Source: Octopus sinensis (Eukaryota). From it: a stretch of 30,623 bases of DNA. A program made the position numbers and the translations under genes. Positions 10,078 through 21,803 of the stretch are shown here, piece after piece (position 1 is the first letter of the stretch; every line of letters starts with the position of its first letter). The stretch covers positions 1 to 30,623 of the forward strand of contig NW_021832482.1 in the NCBI RefSeq assembly GCF_006345805.1. Reading direction: 5' to 3'. The notes under the pieces were generated by a model. That model searched no databases. It saw only the letters and a program-made list of their open reading frames with translations, and was not told the origin of the DNA.

Positions 10078-10317
10078 ATATTCCGCCAAACAACCTCCGA
10101 GATTTGCGAGGTGTAGATGTGCAAGTTCTTCAAGGACGTCTGGTGAAATTTTTTCTGAGATACCAAACAAACCCACGTCGCGGTAGCGAACACAAAGAAG
10201 CACAATTCCGTTCTACCCTCTACTTCACCAGAAACAACACAGAAAAGACACTCGAACACATTGAAAGGCGGTGCTCCAGAATGGTTCCACCCGTTGTCTG
10301 AAACTAAGAAATTTAAA
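10078..10317 (+). mobile_element. 3' end of a CR1/L2-group LINE (ORF2 terminus plus tail)
   Basis: Reads IPPNNLRDLRGVDVQVLQGRLVKFF, then after a frameshift SEIPNKPTSR*...PLLHQ, resembling the LPxxLR...FKxxLDxFLxxIPDEP...SLLHQ ORF2 end. It is followed by AAAGGCGGTGCTCCAGAATGG...CTGAAAC. Confidence 0.65.
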
Positions 10318-10332
10318 GCTGAAATATATAAC

Positions 10333-10346
10333 TGTCTATCTATCTA

Positions 10347-10424
<78 letters not shown>

Positions 10425-10494
10425 ATTATCTACCTGTCTGTCTGTCTGTCTATGTATCTATCTACCTGTCTTTATGTTTATCTAACTAACTACC

Positions 10495-10534
<40 letters not shown>

Positions 10535-10609
10535 GATCTATCTATCTATCTATCTATCTATCTTCTATATATCTATCTATCTATCTTTCTATCTTTCTAT
10601 CTATCTGTC
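10333..10609 (+). repeat. (TATC)n/(TGTC)n tetranucleotide microsatellite
   Basis: Direct inspection. Confidence 0.97.
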
Positions 10610-10610
10610 T

Positions 10611-12069
10611 AGAGAAGCAAGCCCATGCCGTCCACCAGCACCTCCGTCGTGGGACGTTGGACGGACGGCCCGGTTGAGTTGCTCGGTGTCTGGTTCAGTC
10701 CGGACCTCCAAATGGAGAAGAACTTGAACGAGATAACGTGATACCATCACCAAACTAGAACGCATTCTCTTCCGCTTCTTGTGGAAAGGATGCGTCCCGA
10801 TGGTCAAGCGATCCATTTGCTGTCAAGACCCGTTAAAAGGAGGGCCGGACATGCCGTGGTTCATGATGCACAGACACGCGCTGAGACTGAGACATCTCTG
10901 GCTCTTTGTAGACGACGGTGAACAGGTGTGGTCACCGTTTGTGAGGCACGCATTCCCGCAGCCCGTCTCCATGACAGAACTGCAGTCATGGATCAAAAGG
11001 AGGCCGAGGAAGGACGAATGGCACCGCGAGTGTCGTGTTGCTCTCAAGCCGTCCTGGCTCAACCTTGGGTAACTTCAACACAACCCAAGCATTCTATAGG
11101 GGATTAGTGGAGGGGAGGTACGACGACGATCTTGGGGCGAACCTGGGCGTCGACGAAGAATACCTGACCCGCCTGTTTTAGACGACTTTCGGGCCGGGAC
11201 CCATGGACAACTTCCAGAGATCCCTGGCCTGGCGGTGTTACCGAGAGGCGCTACCCGTTCGGCATAAGCTCTATAGGCACGGCTCGAGAAACACGGTGCC
11301 GACCTGCCCGAGATGCGGGCAGAACGACGAAACCGTTCTGCACGCAATCGTGCAGTGTCCAACAATCTCCGACCTGTGGGCTTATGTCGAACGACTGCTG
11401 TCACGCGTGGGACGTGTCGGTTAATCAGCCGAGTCTATCGTTAATATCGTTACGCCTCCTTCTTTCAAACGGGAAGGGAGAGCTATTTTTATCATACTTG
11501 TGGCTATGGCGAAAGAATGTATCTGGTGGACGCGCCTGAAATGATTAGAGACAAACACTTTCCTCTCTGGTCAATCTCTCATCAACTTCTTCAAGTATCA
11601 CTTGAACAGGAAAGTGAGAGTAGAGAGGCAAGTTTTGTCTAGTGAATGTTTTAAAAAAGATGGGTGAATGTAGCAAGGATGGCACGTATGAATGACGAAG
11701 CCACCTTGACCATGATCCTATAAATCGTAAAAATTAATACAAAGATTTGCTTATTTGTAAAAAAAATATAACATGTGACTTCATTGACCGAGGTTACCGT
11801 GGTCTTTTCCGTAGGCTTTTCTTTCCATGGGTTAACCTCACCTGTCCTCCCCTTTACACTTTATATTGACATTTCTGTGATAACGATCCCTATTGAACGA
11901 TTTTTCTTCTTCCTTTTATCCCCCACCTTTTTTTGCTTTCCTCTTTCTTTCCTTTTACGATCCCCTTTGATCGAAAGCCAAACCCCCTTTTTTTTATCCA
12001 CAAAAAGAAAAGCTCTACCTTGTAATTTGTCCTGTCTGTGTGCAGCCCTGTGTGGCTAATAAAGAAAAA
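10611..12069 (+). mobile_element. 5'-truncated Tx1/L1-clade LINE (RT end, thumb, CCHC zinc finger, 3' UTR), broken frames
   Basis: Reads GPVELLGVWFSPD, then ITKLERILFRFLWKGCVPMVKRSICCQDPLKGGPDMP, then LAWRCYREALPV...CPRCGQNDETVLHAIVQCP...LW. Stop near 11722, pyrimidine-rich 3' UTR, AATAAA at 12058-12063, then (TATC)n. Confidence 0.88.
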
Positions 12070-12147
12070 TATCTATCTATCTACCTGTCTGTCTGTCTGT
12101 TTGTCTATCTATCTCTCTATCTATATTTCTATCTATCTATCTATCTA

Positions 12148-12200
<53 letters not shown>

Positions 12201-12346
12201 GTCTGTCTGTTTGTCTGTCTGTCTATCTATTTATCTATCTACCTGTCTTTCTATCTATCTATCTTGCTATCTTTCTATCTTTCTGTCTATCTGTCTGTCT
12301 GTCTGCCGATCTATCTATCTATCTCTCTATCTATCTGTCTGTCTGT

Positions 12347-12390
<44 letters not shown>

Positions 12391-12400
12391 GTGTGTGTCT
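12070..12400 (+). repeat. (TATC)n/(TGTC)n then (TG)n microsatellite
   Basis: Direct inspection. Confidence 0.97.
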
Positions 12401-13215
12401 GAGAATAGAGTGCAGGAATGACGTGTTCGCTTCCCGAGGCCATTGAATGTGTCGACGACTGTACTAAAATTTCTCTTAGAATTTCAATCAGTACGAAACA
12501 CATTTCATATCGATCCTTTTTGCTGATGTAATTGGTCGATTGTATAATCAATATGCAGAAACACGTGCTCAGATCCACACCTATTCTTTCGCACCTGCAT
12601 ATTTAAATCACAAACGTCCTCCCTCCCCCCGCACACAAACACACACATACACACACACACACAGATACACAATCAAACTATCTCTCGCACTCACGCAAAC
12701 ATACAAACGTACACGTACAAATAGAGTTGCATACTTTGATTATAATATCGATAATTAAAATTATGATAATTAATATTTTATTCATTGGTTAATTATGTAA
12801 TTTTTACTGATGTGCTAATTTCAATTTCAAAATAGTGTTTCTCTCTATCAGAGCGCGTCTATGTGTACATCTGTAACCTGTGAATATGTGGCCTTAGGTG
12901 TGCGCAAATTATTATTTACACATTATGCAATGTAGAATCACACACACACATATACATCTTGATATCTTCATATCTAAGGATTAATTTACCAGTCTATCTG
13001 AGTATTTACTTACCTGTCACTCTCTCCCCTGCTGCGTCTCTCACTCTCTTTCGAGACACACGTGTTTTTCTCGGACTATTCTTTTCCTTCCCTCTAGAGC
13101 TTTTCTCTTTCATCGAAACGTCACCTCACCTTCCTTTTCCATTCACTCTGTATGTTCTCTTGACTCCTGCATCTGCTTCTGATATTATTTTCGCTTTTAC
13201 AACTCGATTTGGCTA

Positions 13216-13830
13216 TCTCTCTATATATAAAACTGAGAATGTATGTGTGTGTCTGTCTGTCTGTCTGTGTGCTTCTCTAAAACTTGAAAACTACACAACC
13301 AATTTCATTCAAATTTTACACATGCCTTACTTAAGGTCCGGGGAGTGCTATCAGTAAAAAAATTTTAACTTTTTCCCTAGGACGACCCCACAGCAATATC
13401 ATATCTTCTCCACTATTTCAGTATTATGTGTTAAAAGTGAAACAAAAACATCTCTCTTTTGTAATGCAGACACTTTCACTTTAATACTAAAACTATTAAA
13501 GTGAAAGTATTATTATAACAGGGATGAACCATTAACAGTGGTCATCCATTTTGCTAGAACAAGATCCGCTATGGTCTTATATGCTACACTACTGGTTTTC
13601 AATTCATATTAATCAAGTTAATATTCAATTTTTCACCCTTATTATGTGTGTGTGTGTATTAGCAATTCGTATAAAATTGCATCAATGACTTGAACTTGAA
13701 TAAGTGGTTTCACATAAATGGGGATAAATTAAAAAGGTTTGTTGTTATTATTATTACTGTTTAACTATTGTAATCACGTTTGTTGGTTCCTCGTCAGGGA
13801 AATGTTGTTGTGTTGCATTTGTTAAATAAT
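13216..13830 (+). mobile_element. Probable Helitron 5' terminal region (right boundary uncertain)
   Basis: A^TCTCTCTATATATAAAACTGAG followed by (GTCT)n is a typical Helitron 5' TC start. It lies ~1 kb upstream of Rep/helicase sequence on the same strand. Confidence 0.55.
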
Positions 13831-14198
13831 TTTAAACCGTAACCCCCCCCCCCTTTCGGAGTTGGTTATTGTTTAAAAATTGAATTGTGTCCCTGTTTGG
13901 GGAAATTGACAATATTTTCACCGTTTTACGGAAGCATTTTCGATAGAAGAAATTCCAAAAATGAATTTCGTTGCAGCCGTACACTTCCATACAAGAGGGA
14001 GGACAAGATCCAATTGATCGAAATTGCAAGAGACGGGCCTACAATTCCAGTCTGTTATATATTTTGAGTATTGTTATCACTAGCGATATCAAGATATAAC
14101 TTTGTATTTTGTGTTTTATGTGTAGATGTATATATATATATAGATGTACATGTAATATGTACACATATATACATGCATAATATATCTACGCATACACC

Positions 14199-16818
14199 CG
14201 AGTTTTCCATCTGAAGTTAATCTCTCTCATGGAGCTCATACAAAAAGGGCAAGTCTTTGGGCCCATACAATGTGACATATACACAATCGAGTGGCAAAAA
14301 GGGGCCTTCCACATGCTCATATCCTGCTTTGGCTCTCAGCGAAGATCAATTCCAATGACAAAAAATTTCCAAGGAGGTTCCTACAAGAAACTCAGACAGG
14401 TGCTGATGGGTATCCATCATACAGACGCAGAAAACCAGGAGACGGAGGTTTCACAGCAACTATCGGACAGCACGATATTGATAATAGATGGATTGTTCCA
14501 TACTGCCCACTCCTGTCAAAGACTTTCAATGCCCACATCAACGTTGAGTTTTGCAACTCAGTTAAATCCATCAAGCAAATATGTAAACAAGGGTTCTGAC
14601 GCTGCAATGTTTGGACTTCAAGAATACTGCCAGGATGAGGTGACGCATTATCAGGTGGGACGGTACATAAGTAGCAACAAGGCTTTCTGACGCATCTTTG
14701 GCTTTCCTATTCACCAAAACACCCCGCCGTTCAATAGCCTGCAGTGCACCTGGAAAATGGTCAAAGAGTGTACTTCACCAATGCTAATGCTTCTCTGTTG
14801 GCAGAGGAACCAAGGGATAGCACACTCACTGCATTCTTCAAGCTTTGTCAAGTGGATCCATTCGCTCAAACCTTGCTGTATCCACAGATTCCATCGTACT
14901 ACACTTGGAATGGGAAAAAAATAGGCCCCCACGGAAAGCGGGTCAAAATGTTCATGGATACCCTGGCATTAAGTTTCACACTTGCCTTGGGCGAGTACAC
15001 ACAGTGCATCCCACTCAACAAGAGTGCTTCTACCTTCGTCTACTACTGCATGAGGTCAGAGGGCCAACGTCTTTCCAGGCCCTAAAAACTGCTATCGACA
15101 AGGTCTGTTAGAAGATGGTGCACAATGGGATGCAACTTTAGGAGAGGTTGCTTTATCACAATCATCTAAAAGTCTCAAGGCACTATTTGCAGTATTACGA
15201 CAGGCATGCGACCTGTGTGATCCGGACACTCTATGGCTCAAATATAGAGACAAACTGGCTGAAGACTTTCAGCGCCAAACTCAACTGCTCTATCCTGATA
15301 TGGAAATCTATAACAAAACGCTCATTGACATTGAAGACAGAATTGCTAAACTGGGTGGGAATGAATTGTCGACGTATGGCCTGCCACAAGCATTCAGGTC
15401 AGGATCAAATAGCCTTCCCACTGCTGTCATTCGTGAAACAACCTACGACACTCAAGCGCTTTCAAAGTACATTGTTGAAAATGAGCCTAAATTAATTCCG
15501 GACCAGCTGCACGCCTACAGAACTATTCTTAACAGTGTACGCCAACGCGAGGGACGAATCTTCTTCCTCAATGCTCCTGGAGGGACAGGAAAAACATTTA
15601 TTACAAAGCTTCTCCTTGCAGAAGTTAGGCAGCATCAGGACATTGCAGTAGCTGTAGCCTCCTCTGGCATTGCAGCTACTTTGTTACCCGGCGGCAGGAC
15701 AGCACACTCAACTTTTAAACTCCCTCTCAATTTAGCAGCATCCGAAATGCCTTCATACAACATCAACAAAAGCTCAGATCAGAACAAGTACTTAAAATGT
15801 GCCATCTAATTGTCTGGGATGAGTGCACTATGGCTCACAAGGGAGCTTTGGAAGCATTAGATAGAGCCCTCAAAGACATCCGAGACTGTCAAGCTCCAAT
15901 GGGAGGTGTAACGCTTCTGTTGTCAGGTGATTTCAGGCAAACTCTTCCTGTCATTCCGAAAGGCACTAGAGCAGATGAAGTCCAAGCATGTCTAAAGTTC
16001 TCTATCCTGCGGCATCATGTTACAATCCTCAGTCTCACCATTAACATGAGAGCTCAGCTACACGGCGACAAAATGTCCACAAAATTTGCACAGGACATTT
16101 TGACACTTGGTGAAGGCCAGATGCCACTCGATGCTGCAGGACAAATGGAAGTGTGGTCATTTTCCTCTGTTGTTAATTCTGTAGATGACCTCAAAAACAG
16201 TCTTTCCCAACTTCACACAAAACTACCAAAATCACAATTGGTCGCTGTTAACAAAATTAATCAACAGCTAATGCATTCTCTTCCCGGCACTATACACACT
16301 TACAAGTCTGTTGATACAATTCCAGATATATATGAAGTTGTGAACTATCCTCCTGAATTTCTCAATTCACTGGAGCCTCCTGGACTACCTCCACACATAT
16401 TAGCACTTAAAGTTGGAACTCCTGTAATGCTACTTCGCAATCTGGAACCACCAAGACTTTGCAATCGAACACGAATGGTGATAAAGAAAATGATGACACA
16501 CGTTATCAAGGCGATCATTCTTTCTGGATGTGGAAAAGGTGATGAAGTCTTTATTCCAAGAATTCCTCTTACTCCATCAGGAGCAGAAATTCCATTTACA
16601 TTCAGAAGAATGCAATTCCCCCTTCGTGTCAGCTTTGCCATGTCCATTAGCAAATCTCAGGGTCAAACCCTCTCTGTAGCTGGTCTTCTCTTGGAAGAGA
16701 CCTGCTTCTCGCATGGCAACTGTATGTTGGCTGCTCAAGTGTAGGAACCAAAAGAAACCTTTTTGTATATGCTACACAAGGAAAAACAAGGAACATTGTT
16801 TACAACGAGGTGTTATAA
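14199..16818 (+). pseudogene. Helitron Rep/PIF1-family helicase, frameshifted and internally deleted
   Basis: Rep motifs: RVFHLK...IEWQKRGLPHAHILLWL (HUH), GYPSYRRR, DNRWIVPY...AHINVEFC, KYVNKGSD, VHLENGQRVYF. Helicase motifs: APGGTGKT, ASSGIAATLLPGGRTAHSTFKLP, IVWDECTM, GDFRQTLPV, MLLRNL, QFPLRVSFAMSISKSQGQTL, ending TRNIVYNEVL* (TAA 16816-16818). Confidence 0.95.
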
Positions 16819-16898
16819 TCTCAAGAGCCAGGAGGTATATACATGGTCCCTTTATTTTAACAAACTTCATGTACTTTCATGTATTTATATTAATATAC

Positions 16899-16940
<42 letters not shown>

Positions 16941-17001
16941 TATATAGTGTGTGGTGTGTGTGTGTGTGGTGTTGTTTGTGTGTGCGCGTCACACACACAC
17001 A

Positions 17002-17050
<49 letters not shown>

Positions 17051-17053
<3 letters not shown>

Positions 17054-17683
17054 CTAAGTAATTAAGGGTTTAGCAACGATTTGCCTCACCACACACCGTA
17101 TTTAGAAATAGCAGTCAAAGAGTTTTGGCTATTCTTTCTGCTTAAAAGGGAGATCCCAGTAAAACCACAGCACTTAAAAGGCAAACAACGCAGGCAAAAG
17201 AGAAAGAAATGATGACAATCATTCTATATTAAGTCACCTACGGACGTACGTTTCGGAATTAAGTCATAGCAGAGCATAAAAATTAAATAATTATGTCTTA
17301 CCTAACTATTTTCCTCTTCAGCGTAGGACTCTTCAATTATAAATAATTGCGTCTCAATTATTAATAATTGTGTATTAAATTTGAAGGTACTAGAAGACAT
17401 CACCTCAACTCATGGTATCAGAGCGAGCGTAAGCCATTACCAGTACCACCAATTCAAAGGGTGAATGAAAGTATGTCACCATCCCCCTTCCGTCAGTAGA
17501 AAAAATAGCCAAAACTCTTTGACTGCTATTTCTGAATTCGGTGTGTGGTGAGGCAAATCGTTGCTAAACCCTTAATTACTTAGTATTACTTAAACCTTCC
17601 TTGAATGGGGCTTTTACATGCCGAACTCTACTTGGTTAAATTAATGATTATTCCAAATTAATTAATTTCACCCTTTATTATTG
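17051..17683 (-). mobile_element. Penelope-like/retrozyme-like non-autonomous element with ~104-bp inverted repeat and hammerhead motif
   Basis: 17051-17154 is the reverse complement of 17481-17586. A hammerhead lies between the arms and both ends abut (TA)n. Confidence 0.7.
17237..17327 (-). ncRNA. Type I hammerhead ribozyme (intact core, palindromic stem III, long stem II)
   Basis: Minus strand reads CCUACG-CUGAAGA-GGAA-(~52 nt)-UUCC-GAAA-CGUACG-UC-CGUAGG. Stem I is CCUACG/CGUAGG, the cleavage triplet is GUC, and predicted cleavage is between 17243 and 17242. Confidence 0.85.
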
Positions 17684-17765
17684 ATATATATATATATAAT
17701 TATATTATATATCATATATAATATATATATATATAATATATATATATAATATATATATATAAAAT

Positions 17766-18277
17766 GTGCGATGGGTAAATTGTTGCCATTTTATATCTTT
17801 TTCTTCCACGCATGCGCATTATTTGTTTTTGATTTTGTCGACTAGAGAGTATAGTAGAGCTCGTTGGACACCGCCTGTGATGCAATTCACTCTGCCAGAA
17901 ATTTGGAAACGACATGCTGTACTGCTTGGCACTGGAGCCGGAAGCTCCAATACGACCAGATGGTGAACACCCAGAACAACCATTGGCTTGTCGTGCCCCC
18001 AAAACATGTACCGAAAGTGATAAAATCAAGCATCCAGTCAACATCATGGTGTTTGGAGTAATCGCTAGTGATGGAGACGTTATGCGTCAATTCACCACCC
18101 CACACGGCCTCATACTTACCACGGAGTCGTACATCAAGTGTTTAGACGAGGTAGAGCTGCAAGAGGGTGGCCGCTGGAAGACCCTATGTCTGGAAACAGG
18201 ACTCTGCATCATGCCACATAAGCAGGAGAACCCAGTCATAGCTGTCAGGCAAATTCTACAATCACATCACCCCATAA
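17766..18277 (+). mobile_element. Tc1/mariner-superfamily (DD37D/maT-like) transposase relic with internal deletion
   Basis: N-terminus MQFTLPEIWKRHAVLLG is joined to DQMVNTQNNHW...KHPVNIMVFGVIASDGDVM...YIKCLDEV, then after a frameshift AAGRPYVWKQDSASCHISRRTQS (QDxAPxH-like second Asp motif). Confidence 0.82.
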
Positions 18278-18334
18278 TATAATATATATATTATATATAA
18301 CAATAATAATAATAATATAATAATAATAATAATA

Positions 18335-18369
<35 letters not shown>

Positions 18370-18912
18370 GCAGTACCAGGCAGTGGCTCTCATGGCTTCT
18401 GATCTTAACTGATTGAAAGTGTTATCATGTACATTGTTTTGTCTTGGTATAAAAGATGGGCTACAGCAAATATTCTGCTCAATACCACAGATTTGCTTGT
18501 CAGTTGTTTGACCTTAACCAGTTGAGCATGTCCCTTAGTGGCTGACGATATGTGCATCTCTGATCGCGAGCAGAAGTAGTGGGGGAGCATCATGGCCATG
18601 TGTTGAGAGGGATTCTTTGGAGTTTGAATGGTTCACCTCTGGAAACATAGGTGTTTCGTTCAACATCCTAAAGCAACCCTTATTCAGGACCGTTTGAGCA
18701 GGATGGGCTACTCAACCTGAAGAAAATTCTAACTGGGCCCCACCTGCAAGGTCATGTGCTTTTATCTTGATATGAGATCACCATGTCGCGCACATATGGT
18801 TGTGATGCATGTGCCTGGTGTACCTTTATCAGACGGGTAGTCATGATGGGTATATTGGGCTTCGTATTTTTACCCCAGTGTCACTTTGATGGCATGAACT
18901 GCTCTCTCACTC
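18370..18912 (+). mobile_element. Element E: ~540-bp non-coding retroposon flanked by (AAT)n on both sides
   Basis: A second copy is split at 2582-2782 and 4464-4765. (AAT)n lies at ~18278-18369 and 18913-18994. There is no tRNA head and no credible ORF. Confidence 0.85.
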
Positions 18913-18933
18913 AATGATAATAATAATAATAAC

Positions 18934-18997
<64 letters not shown>

Positions 18998-19068
18998 TTA
19001 TTGTATACAGTGCTCAGATGCACCACAAGTCTGAATGTGTGTAATATATGACGAGTACTGATGATCGT

Positions 19069-19366
19069 GAAAGCGCATGACTCAGTGCTTAGAGCGTCGA
19101 GCTAACGATCGTGATGTTGTGAGTTGAATCCCGGACCGGGATTGCTCCAGTTCACTCAGCTGCAGAAATGAGTTGCGACATCACTGGTGCCAAGCTGTAT
19201 CGGCCCCTTTGCCTTTCTCTCAGATAACACTGGTGGCGTGGAGAAAGGAGGCCGGTATGCATGGGCGACTGCTGCTCTTCTGTAAACAACCTTGCTCGGA
19301 CTTGTGTCTGGGAGGGTAGCTTTCTAAGTGCAATCCCATGGTCAGTCATGACCGAAGGGTAGTCTC
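19069..19366 (+). mobile_element. SINE family C (tRNA-derived), with an internal deletion
   Basis: Homologous to 25336-25664. Confidence 0.9.
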
Positions 19367-19604
19367 AGCAAATGATGATCACTGTCACCGGCTTAAAACC
19401 TTTACTTTCGCGTCTAATCATCGTCACAGTCCATTAACCCGGACGAGTGAGATGATATAAGAACATACCATAACATTTAAACCTTCAACCTATAGAAAAG
19501 ACAACTAATAGTTGATTCTTGTATAAATCACACTGCATGAAACGTCACTCGTTTTCACTACATTTCATCCTTAAAGCGCTAAAGTAAAACAATTATTGCT
19601 ATGT

Positions 19605-19946
19605 AGTAAAGATTGTTTGCCAACATAACATGGCAGTCCTGGTTTACGGCGAATGTTGCTGTAATTTAGCCCTAGGATACATCGTCTCCAGCTGGCTATA
19701 CGACACGATCTGTGTCCTCATATTTTCGAACAATTATTCTGTGCTGATGAAGGGAAATAACCCGGAAATCGCGATACACAGATATTGCTTTGAGCTGAGT
19801 GGGGGTGCTAGATTCCCTTGTTCGAAAATATAAGGACACATATCGTGTCGTATAGCCAGCTGGAGACAATGTCCCCAGGGGCTAAATTAGAGCAACATTC
19901 ATCCTAAACCAGGACTGCCATGTTATGTTGGCAAACAATCATTACT
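19605..19946. mobile_element. Fold-back/MITE-like element with ~129-bp inverted arms
   Basis: 19605-19733 is the reverse complement of 19818-19946 (e.g. GATTGTTTGCCAACATAACATGGCAGTCCTGGTTTA / TAAACCAGGACTGCCATGTTATGTTGGCAAACAATC). Confidence 0.9.
19738..19782 (+). ncRNA. Minimal type I hammerhead ribozyme motif
   Basis: Reads UCUGUG-CUGAUGA-AGGG-AAAUAA-CCCG-GAAA-UCGCGA-UA-CACAGA. Stem I is UCUGUG/CACAGA, stem III is palindromic, the triplet is AUA, and predicted cleavage is after 19776. The first stem II pair is an A.G mismatch. Confidence 0.78.
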
Positions 19947-20354
19947 CCAAAGTACTGTTGCTGAATATCTCTCATTGTGAGATTTCAAAACAGCAATTTT
20001 GTAACTATTACTGTCTACTTTAATGCCTTACACTACATACATCTCTAAAATCCACTTGATATCGACTTTGTACATACCAGTTATATAGTTGAGTTGCTGC
20101 ATATCGTTATATAAGTGTGTGTTTAGGAAAACAAATGTGTATGGACTAATAAATAAGATTAAGAGTTGCTTTCTGTTGTGTTAACAGCATAATCATATAG
20201 CTGGAGGGAATTTATATTAAATATTTACGAAATTATTAAAATGATCTTAATTGAAAATTATGAGATTGTTTAATAAATGAAATGAATGGAAGAAAAAAAA
20301 ATTCATGGACAAGTGTAGAAAGTGGGTATTAGTTATTAGGAAAATATGTCTGGG

Positions 20355-20357
<3 letters not shown>

Positions 20358-20401
<44 letters not shown>

Positions 20402-20572
20402 TATCTCTTTTTGTTGCTCGCTCTCTGTCTCTCTGTCTCTCAGACACACACTCATTATATTGAAATATATATATGTAAATATATATATATATATATGTAT
20501 ATATATATGTAAATATATATGCAAGTATAAATATATATATGTGTACGTGTATGTAAGTATATATATGTATGT

Positions 20573-20613
<41 letters not shown>

Positions 20614-20870
20614 CATGCATGTATGTATGTACATATATATTTGCGCGTGAGTGCATATATATATATACGCTTTTACGCATATATGCTTACACAGATGCAC
20701 CTACATACATACATATTTAAACACGCTCAAACATAAAAGAACACAATCACACACACACACACCACACACACATATATATTATATATATATATATATATAA
20801 CATATATATACTACATAGATATATACATATCTACATCCACAAACAACATGGTTATGTTGTAATCTATATA

Positions 20871-20922
<52 letters not shown>

Positions 20923-21141
20923 AGTGTTTGTGTGTGTGTGCGTGCTTGTGTGTATATGTGTGAGTACTGTGTTGAGTATCTATGTGTATGCATACGAAAA
21001 CGTGTGCATTTACAGAAAAGGTATAAGATTATATGTACGTGCGAGCCCGCGTGTATATACACATTTCCATATACTGTTGTACGTGTTGTATTCATATTAA
21101 AGTATATGTGTACACACCAGCACACACACACCACACACACA

Positions 21142-21191
<50 letters not shown>

Positions 21192-21626
21192 CTTATGTGT
21201 GTGTCTTATTGTTTCTTTGTTTGTATGCTTATGCAATAGAACAACACACAATGACTACATTAGTAGAATTATGCTGAATATCGAAATCTAGATAACAGTT
21301 TATTTGATAATAAATTATTGTATTTCGAGATGGCTTTTTAACCCTCCACTATTTACAAGTTCAAAGTTTATAGAATTAGCGGTGGAATTAAACGGAAAGC
21401 TAATTGTTCAATAATATACGTAATTGCACAACAATATCATAACAATATCTACCAATATTGCACACAATCACGCATAATGTTAAGTATCAATAGCTATCGT
21501 CGTTTTCAGGAAATTGTAAATGACGGCATAAATATAGAAAGTATTGCACGAGCGATAAATGAATAAATAAATAAAAGTTTTAATGTAATGTAAGTGCACG
21601 CTTCTCATAATTTGTTTCACACATAC

Positions 21627-21704
<78 letters not shown>

Positions 21705-21800
21705 GGGTGTGTGTGTGTGTGTATATATATATGTTTATATATATATATGTATATATGTATATATTTATATATATACATACATACATATTTATATATATGT
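20358..21800. repeat. Microsatellite-rich tract ((CT)n, (TA)n, (CA)n/(TG)n) with short unique spacers
   Basis: Direct inspection. Confidence 0.9.
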
Positions 21801-21803
21801 ATA

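Noticed and set aside
9997-10203. Minus-strand ORF (EKISPDVLEELAHLHLANLGG) as a host exon
   Set aside because: It is better explained as the antisense of the LINE ORF2 terminus on the + strand.
15300-16744. Host PIF1 helicase gene
   Set aside because: It is intronless, frameshifted and colinear with an upstream HUH Rep domain, so it is Helitron-derived.
19443-19552. ACGAGTGA/TCACTCGT inverted 8-mer with GAAACGTC
   Set aside because: No CUGANGA box and no room for stem III. A short inverted repeat like this can be chance.
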